Below are positions 16,953 through 25,524 of a stretch of 53,467 bases of DNA, one piece after another. This DNA comes from Lachnospiraceae bacterium UBA1753. Its GTDB lineage: Bacteria > Bacillota > Clostridia > Lachnospirales > Lachnospiraceae. Location of the stretch: contig DCHL01000103.1 of NCBI GenBank assembly GCA_002317595.1, positions 1 through 53,467 of the forward strand. Direction: 5' to 3'. Both the position numbers and the translations under genes were made by a program. Numbering within the stretch: position 1 is the stretch's first letter; every line of letters begins with the position of its first letter. Under the pieces are notes generated by a model, which did not search any database, was not told the DNA's origin, and was given only the letters and a program-made list of their open reading frames with translations.

Positions 16953-17031
16953 GGCCCGATTCGGTTGCAGACCAGAAATGGGGAAACCATTCATGAATTG
17001 GAGCATTGGCTATGAAAACGAGATAGAAAAA

Positions 17032-17252
17032 CGCCGCAAGGATACATTGGTGCATGTGAATGCGAAGGGCCCTATAATCATCCGGATTCAGTGAATAACC
17101 AGAGAACGCCTCGCATGGACGCGAGGCGTAGGTGCCAACTGAGCCCGGATGGCGAATTGGCGCCGGTCTCGTTCGTATGATTATACTATCTCTGAATCCG
17201 CAGGTGATTAAGGGTCCCGTAGCACTGAATATGCCCAAGTATCCTTGTGGCG
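17032..17252. ncRNA. 221-nt imperfect palindrome folding into a long rod with two apical hairpins: candidate structured RNA (6S-like?) or MITE-like element; class and strand unresolved
   Basis: 17032-17055 pairs with 17231-17252 (about 19 bp). 17067-17091 pairs with 17192-17218 (about 22 bp). An 11/12-nt internal loop lies between these two stems. Apical hairpins are at 17108-17127 (7 bp, perfect) and 17141-17170. No convincing ORF. It lies between the focA and ftsH terminators. Confidence 0.35.
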
Positions 17253-17287
17253 TGAAAAGGGCCATCGCATTTTTGCGCGACAGCCCC
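17253..17287 (-). terminator. Rho-independent terminator after ftsH
   Basis: On the minus strand, GGGCTGTCGC-GCAAAAAT-GCGATGGCCC (10 bp including two G-U pairs) is followed by TTTTCA. It starts 10 nt after the ftsH stop. Confidence 0.65.
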
Positions 17288-17296
17288 AATACATAA

Positions 17297-19132
17297 TTAC
17301 TCTGTTATTTCTGCGTCTACATCAACGATGTCTTTTGAGAACAACGCCTCAAACTCATCCCTTGTCATCTTCTCATTTTCAATCAGATAAGCAGCAGCCT
17401 TATCAAGCACATCCCTGTTCTGAAGAATGAGCTCATATGCCTTGTTGTAACAGTCGTTGATGATTGTCCTTACTTCCTCATCAATAGCAGATGCTGTCGA
17501 CTCGGAGATTGATTTGGTATGGGCAAGGTCACGTCCGATGAATACCTCATCACCATCGTCAGCGTAATTTACCATTCCAAGTTTCTCTGACATACCATAT
17601 TTGACAACCATGTTCCTTGCCACTCTTGTGGCGTCCTTAATATCCTGTGATGCTCCGCCTGTATAATCATCAAAGACTATACGTTCTGCAATTCTTCCAC
17701 CAAGAGATACCATGATGTGATTGAGCATCATTGTCCTGGTCACATGGACATCATCCTTCTCGGGAAGGGGCATTGTGTATCCCAGGGCACCAGGGCCTGT
17801 TGGAATAATTGAGATGAGGTATACGTTTCCAACGCCTTCCAGAAGGTGGAAGAGGATTGCATGGCCAACCTCATGGTAAGCAGTAATCTTCTTATCGCTG
17901 TCAGAAATCACCTTGGACTTCTTCTCACTTCCGACACCAACCTTTATGAAAGCTCTTCTGATATCATCCTGGCTGATGTATTTCTTATCAGCACGCGCTG
18001 CTGTGATAGCAGCCTCGTTCATAAGATTCTCAAGATCTGCACCGACAAGACCTGCTGTAGTCTTTGCAACCTGATCAAGGTCAACATCATCTCCAAGCGG
18101 CTTATTTTTTGCATGTACATTGAGGATTTCAAGTCTGCCCTTGACATCAGGGCCGCCCACAGCAACCTTTCTGTCGAAACGACCAGGACGCATGATTGCA
18201 GGGTCAAGGATGTCCACGCGGTTCGTCGCAGCCATCACGATAATGCCTTCATTCACGCCAAATCCATCCATCTCAACCAGAAGCTGATTAAGAGTCTGCT
18301 CGCGCTCATCATGACCGCCACCCATTCCTGTACCTCGGCGTCTTGCCACGGCATCAATCTCATCAATGAATACAATACAGGGAGCATTCTTCTTGGCATC
18401 TGCAAAGAGGTCTCTCACTCTTGATGCACCTACTCCGACGAACATCTCTACAAAGTCTGAACCCGAAATGGAGAAGAAAGGTACTCCTGCCTCTCCTGCC
18501 ACAGCCTTGGCAAGAAGCGTCTTTCCGGTTCCAGGAGGGCCCTCAAGAAGCACACCCTTAGGAATTCTTGCTCCAAGCTGAACGTACTTTGCAGGACTCT
18601 TTAAGAAGTCTACTATCTCCTCAAGCTCCTCTTTCTCTTCCTGGAGACCAGCAACATCACCAAAGCGGACCTTGATATCACCATGTGATAGCCTGGCGTG
18701 GCTCTTTCCAAAGTTCGCCATCTTACTGCCGCCCGCTGCCTGTCCATTCATGAGAAGCATAATGAAGTACAGTACGATACCCATAAGGATAATCGGAAGG
18801 ACTGTCGTCATAAACCAGCCTTCTCTCTGCACATCCCTCATGGTATAAGTCGGGAATTTCTCCTTGAGTTCTTCCTCAAGTACTGACACATCTCCGACTA
18901 CCAGTTTTTTTCCTGAACCATCATTTAGCACAACAGTCGCAACACCAGTCGGTGTTTCCTTGTTTGGCTGGATATCCACAGAACTTACGTTTCCTGCGTT
19001 AAGATCTGCCTCAAAACGATTGTACGAGTATGTATCTGCTGCCTTAAGAGCTCCTGCCATTGAATATATCAGGCCAAAAAGCATGAGCAGAAAAATGATT
19101 GAAATAAATGTTCCTCTGTAATTTTTCTTCAT
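17297..19132 (-). CDS. ftsH: ATP-dependent zinc metalloprotease FtsH
   Basis: 611 aa with two TM helices. Walker A is [11 protein letters not shown] motifs DEIDAV and the SRH are present. The zinc site HEVGHA is present. Confidence 0.95.
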   Translation of the reverse strand: MKKNYRGTFISIIFLLMLFGLIYSMAGALKAADTYSYNRFEADLNAGNVSSVDIQPNKETPTGVATVVLNDGSGKKLVVGDVSVLEEELKEKFPTYTMRDVQREGWFMTTVLPIILMGIVLYFIMLLMNGQAAGGSKMANFGKSHARLSHGDIKVRFGDVAGLQEEKEELEEIVDFLKSPAKYVQLGARIPKGVLLEGPPGTGKTLLAKAVAGEAGVPFFSISGSDFVEMFVGVGASRVRDLFADAKKNAPCIVFIDEIDAVARRRGTGMGGGHDEREQTLNQLLVEMDGFGVNEGIIVMAATNRVDILDPAIMRPGRFDRKVAVGGPDVKGRLEILNVHAKNKPLGDDVDLDQVAKTTAGLVGADLENLMNEAAITAARADKKYISQDDIRRAFIKVGVGSEKKSKVISDSDKKITAYHEVGHAILFHLLEGVGNVYLISIIPTGPGALGYTMPLPEKDDVHVTRTMMLNHIMVSLGGRIAERIVFDDYTGGASQDIKDATRVARNMVVKYGMSEKLGMVNYADDGDEVFIGRDLAHTKSISESTASAIDEEVRTIINDCYNKAYELILQNRDVLDKAAAYLIENEKMTRDEFEALFSKDIVDVDAEITE

Positions 19133-19139
19133 ATAATTC

Positions 19140-21125
19140 CTATTCTACAACACCAATATAAGGGAGGTTACGATAATCCTGAGCATAATCAAGACCATAA
19201 CCAACCACAAACTCATCAGGGATTACAAATCCTACATAATCCACATCAACATGAACCACTCTTCTGTCAGGCTTGTCAAGCAGTGTGGTAAGCTTCAGAG
19301 AAGCAGGATTTCTTGTCTTCAGAAGTGTAAGCAGATAGCTCAGCGTCCTTCCTGTATCAATAATATCCTCAACTACAATTATATTTTTTCCCTCCAAAGG
19401 CTCATCCATGTCGAGTGTAACCTTAACCTCTCCACTTGAATTTGTGCTGTTTCCATAGCTTGAACAGCGCATGAACTCAACCCTTACAGGAACAGTAATC
19501 CTCTTTGCAAGCTCACAGGTATAGAACACAGAACCCTTCAGAATGCAGACAAGAGTTACCTCCTGCCCTGCATAATCCTCGCTGATCTGTGCAGCTATCT
19601 CCGCAATACGGGTGTCAACCTGCTCCTCTGTAATCATCGTACGGATATTTACATTCATCTTCTTTTCCCCCTGAAGATCGTCCTTGACAAGCTTTGCCTC
19701 CAGGACTTTCTTTGTTTCTGGTGTTACCTTATAATTCTCACTAATCCTGCTGATGTCATCACCAACAACCCAGATCACATCACTTCCAGATTTAAGAGAT
19801 ACAATCATGTAATCGTCTCTCTTATTCGCCGGAATTTTCTGATTGGTAAAAAAATCCTGCAGTTTCTGTGTTCCGACATTCAAGGTGATGCGGTCTCCAG
19901 GACCTCTTCCTCGCAGGACCACATTCCCCTTGATTTTATCATAATCAAACCACTTCGTGTAAAAATCTTTAGGATAATCAAGTTCCTTTCCAGGTTCAAG
20001 ATCAAATACCCAGGTCTTCAGTCTCCAGCCATTTAATGCCTTCTCTGGATTTTTTCCTGCATTCTTGAGTTCACGTACTCTCTCATGTGTGTCCTCTCTC
20101 ATGGTAAAAATAACCTCCTCATAATTCTTGGTGATTTTCAGTCTGTAAGGTAAATCAATACTTTTTCCAGACTGCCCCATGTACAGCCTCTCTATGGCCG
20201 ACAGATGCTCCGCTGTAATATCCTTAAGCTTCCCTGTCATATTTTTTACAGTAAGACGCAGTACCTCTTCCACAACGGCAATATGCTCGTTTGAAAAAAT
20301 GGAGCCATCAATCCGCAGTTCTCTTTCTTCGCCAGCTGCTCCGTTATCTGTCACATACTTATTATAACATTCTCCGGCCGACATAATGAGAAAATCCCAT
20401 ACCCTTGATAATCTATCTGCCGCTTCTCCAATATGCTCCGTGCTGCGCTGGTTGACATGGCTGCACTCGGGGATAATATTATGCCGAATACGGTTTCTAG
20501 AATAATCAGTATCGGCATTTGTCTCATCTGTTCTGAAGGAAAGCCCTTCCTGGCTCAGAAAATCTTCAATCTCACTACGCCTAAAACATAGCAGAGGCCT
20601 GATAAGCAGAGCCTCTTCATAGCTGTCCACCGCTCTCATCCCGCACAGTCCCCTGATTCCAGTACCTCGCAGTAGATTATGTACTACAGTCTCAGCCTGA
20701 TCATCCATATGGTGGGCAACTGCTATAACCTTTCGGCCTTCTCCATCAAGAGCAGACATGAATGACGAATACCGCTCCCGTCTTCCTGCTTCTTCTACCG
20801 TCTCATGCCTCTGTTTTGCTATCTCTGGGATGTTTTTTCTGATTGTTATGCACTCTATGTGGCGCTCCCTACAGAAGTTTTCCACAAATACTGCGTCTCC
20901 ATCTGCACTTTCGCCACGGATACCATGATGAATGTGGATAACCTTCAGCGCGAAGGACTTTCTGTCATTATTTTTTCCACACAGAAATCTTTGATATTTC
21001 CACAACAAAAACAGGAGGCACAGCGAATCTGCTCCTCCTGATACACCTACAACAACCTGGTCACCAACATGGACCATATCGTTCTCTTCTATATATCTGA
21101 ATACTCTGTCAGTAATATTATTCAT
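19140..21125 (-). CDS. tilS: Bifunctional tRNA(Ile)-lysidine synthase / hypoxanthine phosphoribosyltransferase (TilS-HprT fusion ORF)
   Basis: The N-terminal PP-loop SGGADS and TilS body run in frame, with no stop, into a 172-aa HPRT module (19140-19658; VVEDIIDTGRTL PRPP motif). The likely start is MNNITDRV at 21125, overlapping the divIC stop by 8 nt. The longer track ORF extends to 21194. Confidence 0.85.
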   Translation of the reverse strand: MNNITDRVFRYIEENDMVHVGDQVVVGVSGGADSLCLLFLLWKYQRFLCGKNNDRKSFALKVIHIHHGIRGESADGDAVFVENFCRERHIECITIRKNIPEIAKQRHETVEEAGRRERYSSFMSALDGEGRKVIAVAHHMDDQAETVVHNLLRGTGIRGLCGMRAVDSYEEALLIRPLLCFRRSEIEDFLSQEGLSFRTDETNADTDYSRNRIRHNIIPECSHVNQRSTEHIGEAADRLSRVWDFLIMSAGECYNKYVTDNGAAGEERELRIDGSIFSNEHIAVVEEVLRLTVKNMTGKLKDITAEHLSAIERLYMGQSGKSIDLPYRLKITKNYEEVIFTMREDTHERVRELKNAGKNPEKALNGWRLKTWVFDLEPGKELDYPKDFYTKWFDYDKIKGNVVLRGRGPGDRITLNVGTQKLQDFFTNQKIPANKRDDYMIVSLKSGSDVIWVVGDDISRISENYKVTPETKKVLEAKLVKDDLQGEKKMNVNIRTMITEEQVDTRIAEIAAQISEDYAGQEVTLVCILKGSVFYTCELAKRITVPVRVEFMRCSSYGNSTNSSGEVKVTLDMDEPLEGKNIIVVEDIIDTGRTLSYLLTLLKTRNPASLKLTTLLDKPDRRVVHVDVDYVGFVIPDEFVVGYGLDYAQDYRNLPYIGVVE

Positions 21126-21429
21126 TGTCAGGCTTAAAAATAATCTCATCAGAGTAGACAAGTCCAAGCTTCTCCTTTGCGACCTTCTCCGCATACTTCT
21201 TCGTCTTGGTCAGCTTCTTGAGCTCGGCTAACTCCTTAGTGTACTCGTTCTGCTCATCAATCTGCTCCTGGAGCACTGCCTCACGTGCCCTAAGCTCGTC
21301 TCGCTTCGCTGTAAGTGACTTGCAGTTGATATACATTACTGTGAACAGCAGCAAAACAACAAACGATACAATCAGCATTCCGCCCTTATTCTGTTTCTTT
21401 TTTCTTCTAAAAGCAACCCTGCGTCTCAA
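21118..21429 (-). CDS. divIC: Septum formation initiator (DivIC/FtsB family)
   Basis: Basic N-terminus, one TM helix and a coiled coil (RDELRAREAVLQEQIDEQNEYTKELAELKK), then KLGLVYSDEIIFK. TTG start at 21429 with AGAGG upstream. An alternative ATG lies 16 codons in. Confidence 0.7.
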   Translation of the reverse strand: MRRRVAFRRKKKQNKGGMLIVSFVVLLLFTVMYINCKSLTAKRDELRAREAVLQEQIDEQNEYTKELAELKKLTKTKKYAEKVAKEKLGLVYSDEIIFKPDNE

Positions 21430-21484
21430 CTAATCATACCTCTGTGCGCAACTTCCACCTAATATAATAAGTGACTATGTTTAC

Positions 21485-21513
21485 ATAATACTTATGTTTC
21501 AACCAGTAGTCAA
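21485..21513 (-). promoter_or_regulatory. Sigma-70-type promoter for divIC-tilS/hprT-ftsH
   Basis: On the minus strand: TTGACT (21513-21508), a 17-nt spacer, then TATTAT (21490-21485). Confidence 0.5.
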
Positions 21514-21626
21514 CCCGATTTTTCCTTATTTTATGGGGTATTTTCTACTGTGCCTACATATTGTGGTTTACGTAAAGTATTGGCACTACATATCGCATCG
21601 ACGCAAATTTCAAAGTTTACTTATTC

Positions 21627-21866
21627 TTACAGAACTTCGTACATGTCCTTCGCTTCTTCTTTTCTGACAACCTCCTGTACGGATGTCACCTTAACCCTCA
21701 CGGGCTTTGTTCCAAAGGATATCTCAATGATGTCGCCTGCCTTGACCTCAGCTCCTGCCTTGGCAACCTTGTCATTAATTGACACTCTTCCAGCGTCACA
21801 GGCTTCATTTGCCACCGTCCTGCGCTTTATTAACCTTGATACCTTGAGATACTTATCAAGTCTCAT
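21627..21866 (-). CDS. S4-domain RNA-binding protein (YabO/Hsp15-like)
   Basis: MRLDKYLKVSRLIKRRTVANEACDAGRVSINDKVAKAGAEVKAGDII is a typical S4 domain. Conserved position upstream of divIC. Confidence 0.8.
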   Translation of the reverse strand: MRLDKYLKVSRLIKRRTVANEACDAGRVSINDKVAKAGAEVKAGDIIEISFGTKPVRVKVTSVQEVVRKEEAKDMYEVL

Positions 21867-21880
21867 TATCTAACCTCTCT

Positions 21881-21913
21881 AAAAGAAAAAAGAGGGTCCG
21901 TATCCGAACCCTC
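21881..21913 (-). terminator. Rho-independent terminator after hup
   Basis: On the minus strand, GAGGGTTCG-GATA-CGGACCCTC (9 bp) is followed by TTTTTTCTTTT. Confidence 0.75.
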
Positions 21914-21943
21914 CTGGAAAATCTGTCTCGCTAAAAATATGAA

Positions 21944-22219
21944 TTAAGCGTTGATAGCATCCTTAAGAGCCTTACCAGCCTTGAACTTAGGAGCCTTAGA
22001 AGCTGCGATTGTGATCTTCTCCTTTGTTGCAGGATTGAGACCCTCACGAGCTGCTCTCTCAGAAACTGCGAATGTACCAAAACCAACAAGCTGAACTGAT
22101 CCACCAGCCTTAAGCTCGTCTGTAACTACCTCTGTAAATGCCTTAACAACTGCCTCAGCGTCCTTCTTCTGTACGCCAGCCTTCTCAACGATTGCTGCAA
22201 CTAACTCTGTCTTGTTCAT
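21944..22219 (-). CDS. hup: Nucleoid protein HU (DNA-binding protein, 91 aa)
   Basis: MNKTELVAAIVEKAGVQKKDAEAVVKAFTEVV...GFGTFAVSERAAREGLNPATKEKITIAASKAPKFKAGKALKDAIN. AGGAGG precedes the ATG at 22219. The longer track ORF is an upstream extension. Confidence 0.9.
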   Translation of the reverse strand: MNKTELVAAIVEKAGVQKKDAEAVVKAFTEVVTDELKAGGSVQLVGFGTFAVSERAAREGLNPATKEKITIAASKAPKFKAGKALKDAINA

Positions 22220-22293
22220 TATAAAATTCCTCCTAATTATTAGTTCATGATTACATGCGCTCCAATATCTTGTATCTTGCGCGTCCACGCTTT

Positions 22294-22322
22294 ACTATAC
22301 TAATTACCCCCTATTTTGTCAA
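22294..22322 (-). promoter_or_regulatory. Strong sigma-70-type promoter for hup
   Basis: On the minus strand: TTGACA (22322-22317), a 17-nt spacer, then TATAGT (22299-22294). Confidence 0.65.
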
Positions 22323-22399
22323 GGGAATCCTTGATTTTAGGGCATTTTTGCGACTTTTCGGCAATATTAACAGTAAATGATACACCACAAGATAAGGCA

Positions 22400-24130
22400 C
22401 TATTCCTCCTCAATCTTTATCTCTTCGTCACCGCTGTCTCCATCGTCCTTCTCATCGCTGCCACCATCGTCTCCATCGTCCTTCTTATCGCCGTCGTCCT
22501 TCTTATCACCGTCGTCCTTATCTCCACTGTCATCTGTCTCGCCAGTGTCTGTGGCAGGTGAACTCTCTTCTTCAGGATCCTTCTCGTCACCAGATTCCTC
22601 AATCACTCCTTCGACCTCCTCGACGGGATCTTCACCATCTGCAGGAACTTCTTCTACGATACCTTCCTCCTCGGTGTCTTCAGAGATTTCTTCTTCGTCA
22701 TCTGTATTTTTATCATCTGACTTTACAAGATCCTTAAAATTATAGGTCTCATCTGATGAATCAGCTTTAAGATTTATGGTATAGCTCTTTGTTACATAAC
22801 CAGTTTTTCTCAGCGTTATAACATGCGAGCCAGATTCCTTTGTGAAATGAAGCGGAGCTACACCCTTGTAAACGCCATCAAAGTATACTTCAACATCTTC
22901 AGGCTCGTCGATGAACAGCCTTCCCTTCTTAGAAGATGAAGAGTTTGACGATGTTGAACTTGATGATTTAGATGATGATTTCTTAGCAGATGACGATGAC
23001 TTTGAGGAGCTTGAAGACGCCTTCGACGAAGCCCTGTCCTTCACATAGTCAATCGTATTCTCATCGTCCTCTTCCTCATCCTCATTGTTATCAAGTCCGT
23101 CTTCATCTTCAAGGGTGATTCTGACTTCAGCCTTTGGCTTTCCGACCTTGAGGAACTCCTGAATAGGCACATAGCCGTCCCTTGAAGCCTCAATTTTATA
23201 AACACCATACTCAAGCTTTACTGGCAGCACATGGTTTGTCTCCTCGCCATTGATAAGGAGCTTTGCATCCTCAGGGTCTGTCACAAAATTGACCTCACCA
23301 ATCTGAAGTATCTCATCCTTCAGGTCTGATACATCAACCTTTGTCTCTTCATCCCTGGCAATGTGGACCATCTTGCTTCCACCGCGTCCCTTGTAGGAGA
23401 TGTGCATCTCATAGTCACCCTCTGGAACAAGAAGCAGCATCTTATCAGAAATGGGCTTTATTATCTTATTTCCCACTTCAACCCAGCCGCCGACGAACGC
23501 ACTTTCACCCTTCAGCTTAAGGTATCCATGGCCCTTATCGATATTAACTGCAAGCGCCTCTCTTCCAATACCAGTAACTGTAATAATGTCGTTCTCAATA
23601 ATATCCTCAATTCCGCCGACTTCACCATCCATGATTACAACCAGGTTTTCAGGCAGCTTGTAATTTTCCCTACCAAGCTTCATTACACCTGTGTTCTCAT
23701 TATTTGAGTGGTGCTCAACACCCCTTACGGTAAATGTGTTCGGCGATTTCTTAAGGCTGGCAAGCTTCTTCGAATGCGTAGAGAGGCTGACATCCACAAT
23801 ATCCCCGGCTTTTAACTGAGCCGCTGACAGAGCCTCGCCGTACTCATCATTGAAATATGTCCTTCCATCGTAGGACAGTTCATATCTGCTGCCACTCCCA
23901 GTTGTCTGTAGGACAATGCTTTTCTCGCTTTCATTTATATCAATGACAATAGCAGTATCAACAGCCTTAAGTTCATCATCTGAAGGCATCTCACTTTCTG
24001 GCTCAGCCTCAGCCGCGGCCATCTCGCCCTTTATCCTGGTCTTCGCACTTAGTCCATAGATAACGGCTCCCACAGCTCCTGTCATCAGAAATAATACAAT
24101 TCCAAAAATAAGTACTTTTCTCATTCTCAA
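22400..24130 (-). CDS. Membrane-anchored PEGA-domain protein with poly-Ser and highly acidic low-complexity regions
   Basis: An N-terminal TM helix, then two PEGA-like modules (VKLEYGVYKIEASRDGYVPIQEFL and LHFTKESGSHVITLRKTGYVTKSYTINL). A Ser-rich stretch (SSKASSSSSKSSSSAKKSSSKSSSSTSSNSSSSKK) and a C-terminal D/E/G/K repeat (DGDKKDDGDKKDDGDDGG) follow. Confidence 0.7.
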   Translation of the reverse strand: MRMRKVLIFGIVLFLMTGAVGAVIYGLSAKTRIKGEMAAAEAEPESEMPSDDELKAVDTAIVIDINESEKSIVLQTTGSGSRYELSYDGRTYFNDEYGEALSAAQLKAGDIVDVSLSTHSKKLASLKKSPNTFTVRGVEHHSNNENTGVMKLGRENYKLPENLVVIMDGEVGGIEDIIENDIITVTGIGREALAVNIDKGHGYLKLKGESAFVGGWVEVGNKIIKPISDKMLLLVPEGDYEMHISYKGRGGSKMVHIARDEETKVDVSDLKDEILQIGEVNFVTDPEDAKLLINGEETNHVLPVKLEYGVYKIEASRDGYVPIQEFLKVGKPKAEVRITLEDEDGLDNNEDEEEDDENTIDYVKDRASSKASSSSSKSSSSAKKSSSKSSSSTSSNSSSSKKGRLFIDEPEDVEVYFDGVYKGVAPLHFTKESGSHVITLRKTGYVTKSYTINLKADSSDETYNFKDLVKSDDKNTDDEEEISEDTEEEGIVEEVPADGEDPVEEVEGVIEESGDEKDPEEESSPATDTGETDDSGDKDDGDKKDDGDKKDDGDDGGSDEKDDGDSGDEEIKIEEE

Positions 24131-24136
24131 TTCAAG

Positions 24137-25501
24137 CTACTCCGTAATATCGTTGCGATAATTTTCCGCATGCTTCATCAGTTCTTCCCGGGTGTTCTTC
24201 TCCGGACTATCCAGCACAAGGGTCAATAGATACTGCAGGACTTCACCAAGCAGCTTTCCCTTCTCAAACCCTGCCTGCATAAGATCATTGCCATTGACTG
24301 CAAGATCCTTCACAAACAGAGGGTCAGCGTTCTCAATTATCCTGTCATACATTTCATGCAGCTTCCCTGCCCTCTCAAGTTTTCCCTCACGGTCATATTC
24401 AGACTGGGAAAAAATATCCGCCTGCTGCACTGGAAACAGGAGGTAAAAACTATCAAGCCCAACCTTGTTGATTGTCTTCCTCACTCCAGGATATGTCAGT
24501 CTCGGTCTTACATCATGATATTTCACAATATCAAGAATGGTTGTCCTGGACTTATTATCAAATTTCAGTCTTCTAAGAATATTATCGGCAATTTTTACCC
24601 CAACTTCAGCATGTCCATAAAAATGATCCCTGCCATTTATATCAGTCGTCCTGCTCGCAGGCTTTCCGATATCATGAAGAAGCATTCCCACCCTTAGACA
24701 CATGAGTTCATTGTCACCAAAGCCCTCGGATGATATGTTGCAAATACTATGGATTATGTGCTCTCCAACAGAATACATATGATGAGGAGTATTCTGAGCC
24801 GTCTCCATCGTAACATCAAACTCAGGAAGAATCTGACGTGTAATTCCCAGCTCCCACGCCTTCCTGATGAATTCAGGATGTGGAGACACGAGCAGCTTAA
24901 CCAGCTCCTCACGCACACGCTCTGCACTGATATTTTTAAGATTGGGAGCAAGTTTACGGGCTGCACGGCTCGTCTCTTCATCAACATCATATCCAAGCTG
25001 GGCAGCAAACCTCACTGCCCTCATGATGCGCAGCGCATCTTCGGTAAATCTCTCCTTCGGATTCCCAACAGCCCTGACAATCCCATCATTCAAATCTTCC
25101 TGACCGCCAAAGAGATCAACAATTCCTGCCTTCTCGTTATATGCCATGGCATTGATTGTAAAATCCCTTCTTTTAAGATCTTCAGCAAGCTCGGTCGTAA
25201 AGACTACATTCTTAGGATGACGTGAATCCTCATACTCTCCGTCAATCCGGTAGGTCGTCACCTCGTAACCCTCTGCGCCGAGCATGATGGTCACGGTTCC
25301 ATGCTTTATACCCGTGTCTATTGTTCTCCTGAATAACTTTTTCACTTCCTCAGGCTTTGCATTGGTCGTGATATCCCAGTCATGGGGAATACGGGAAAGG
25401 AGGCTGTCGCGAACGCAGCCTCCCACAGCATACGCCTCATAGCCTTCGGCCATGAGGGTATCAATTATCAGTTTTACATTTTCAGGTAATGTGATGTTCA
25501 A
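24137..25501 (-). CDS. cca: CCA-adding tRNA nucleotidyltransferase with HD domain
   Basis: GGCVRDSLL and DWDITT nucleotidyltransferase motifs, RDFTINAMAY, and the HD motif LLHDIGKP. Confidence 0.85.
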   Translation of the reverse strand: MNITLPENVKLIIDTLMAEGYEAYAVGGCVRDSLLSRIPHDWDITTNAKPEEVKKLFRRTIDTGIKHGTVTIMLGAEGYEVTTYRIDGEYEDSRHPKNVVFTTELAEDLKRRDFTINAMAYNEKAGIVDLFGGQEDLNDGIVRAVGNPKERFTEDALRIMRAVRFAAQLGYDVDEETSRAARKLAPNLKNISAERVREELVKLLVSPHPEFIRKAWELGITRQILPEFDVTMETAQNTPHHMYSVGEHIIHSICNISSEGFGDNELMCLRVGMLLHDIGKPASRTTDINGRDHFYGHAEVGVKIADNILRRLKFDNKSRTTILDIVKYHDVRPRLTYPGVRKTINKVGLDSFYLLFPVQQADIFSQSEYDREGKLERAGKLHEMYDRIIENADPLFVKDLAVNGNDLMQAGFEKGKLLGEVLQYLLTLVLDSPEKNTREELMKHAENYRNDITE

Positions 25502-25524
25502 AAAATTACCCCTTTACCCCTGTG

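Noticed and set aside
16979-17095. A 38-codon ORF (MGKPFMNWSIGYENEIEKRRKDTLVHVNAKGPIIIRIQ) as a type I toxin or leader peptide associated with the palindrome.
   Set aside because: It has no Shine-Dalgarno and the peptide is hydrophilic rather than membrane-active. It runs into the palindrome arm by chance.
17032-17252. The rod-like element as tmRNA, RNase P RNA, SRP RNA or a cobalamin riboswitch.
   Set aside because: There is no tRNA-like end or UUCGACG (tmRNA) and no GAGGAAAGUCC (RNase P). The SRP RNA is clearly elsewhere (50323-50584). A riboswitch makes no sense between two convergent terminators, and only a vague GAGACCGGCGCC resemblance to a B12 box was seen.
16897-17289. 130-aa minus-strand ORF, and plus-strand ORF 16653-17015, as protein genes.
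   Set aside because: They run through two terminator hairpins and the 221-nt palindrome. They have no ribosome-binding site and their composition looks non-protein-like.
22316-22745. Plus-strand ORFs rich in Ser/Pro/Leu opposite the acidic tail of the PEGA protein.
   Set aside because: They are the antisense reading of a GAT/GAC/GAA repeat tract, and the sense-strand protein is well supported.
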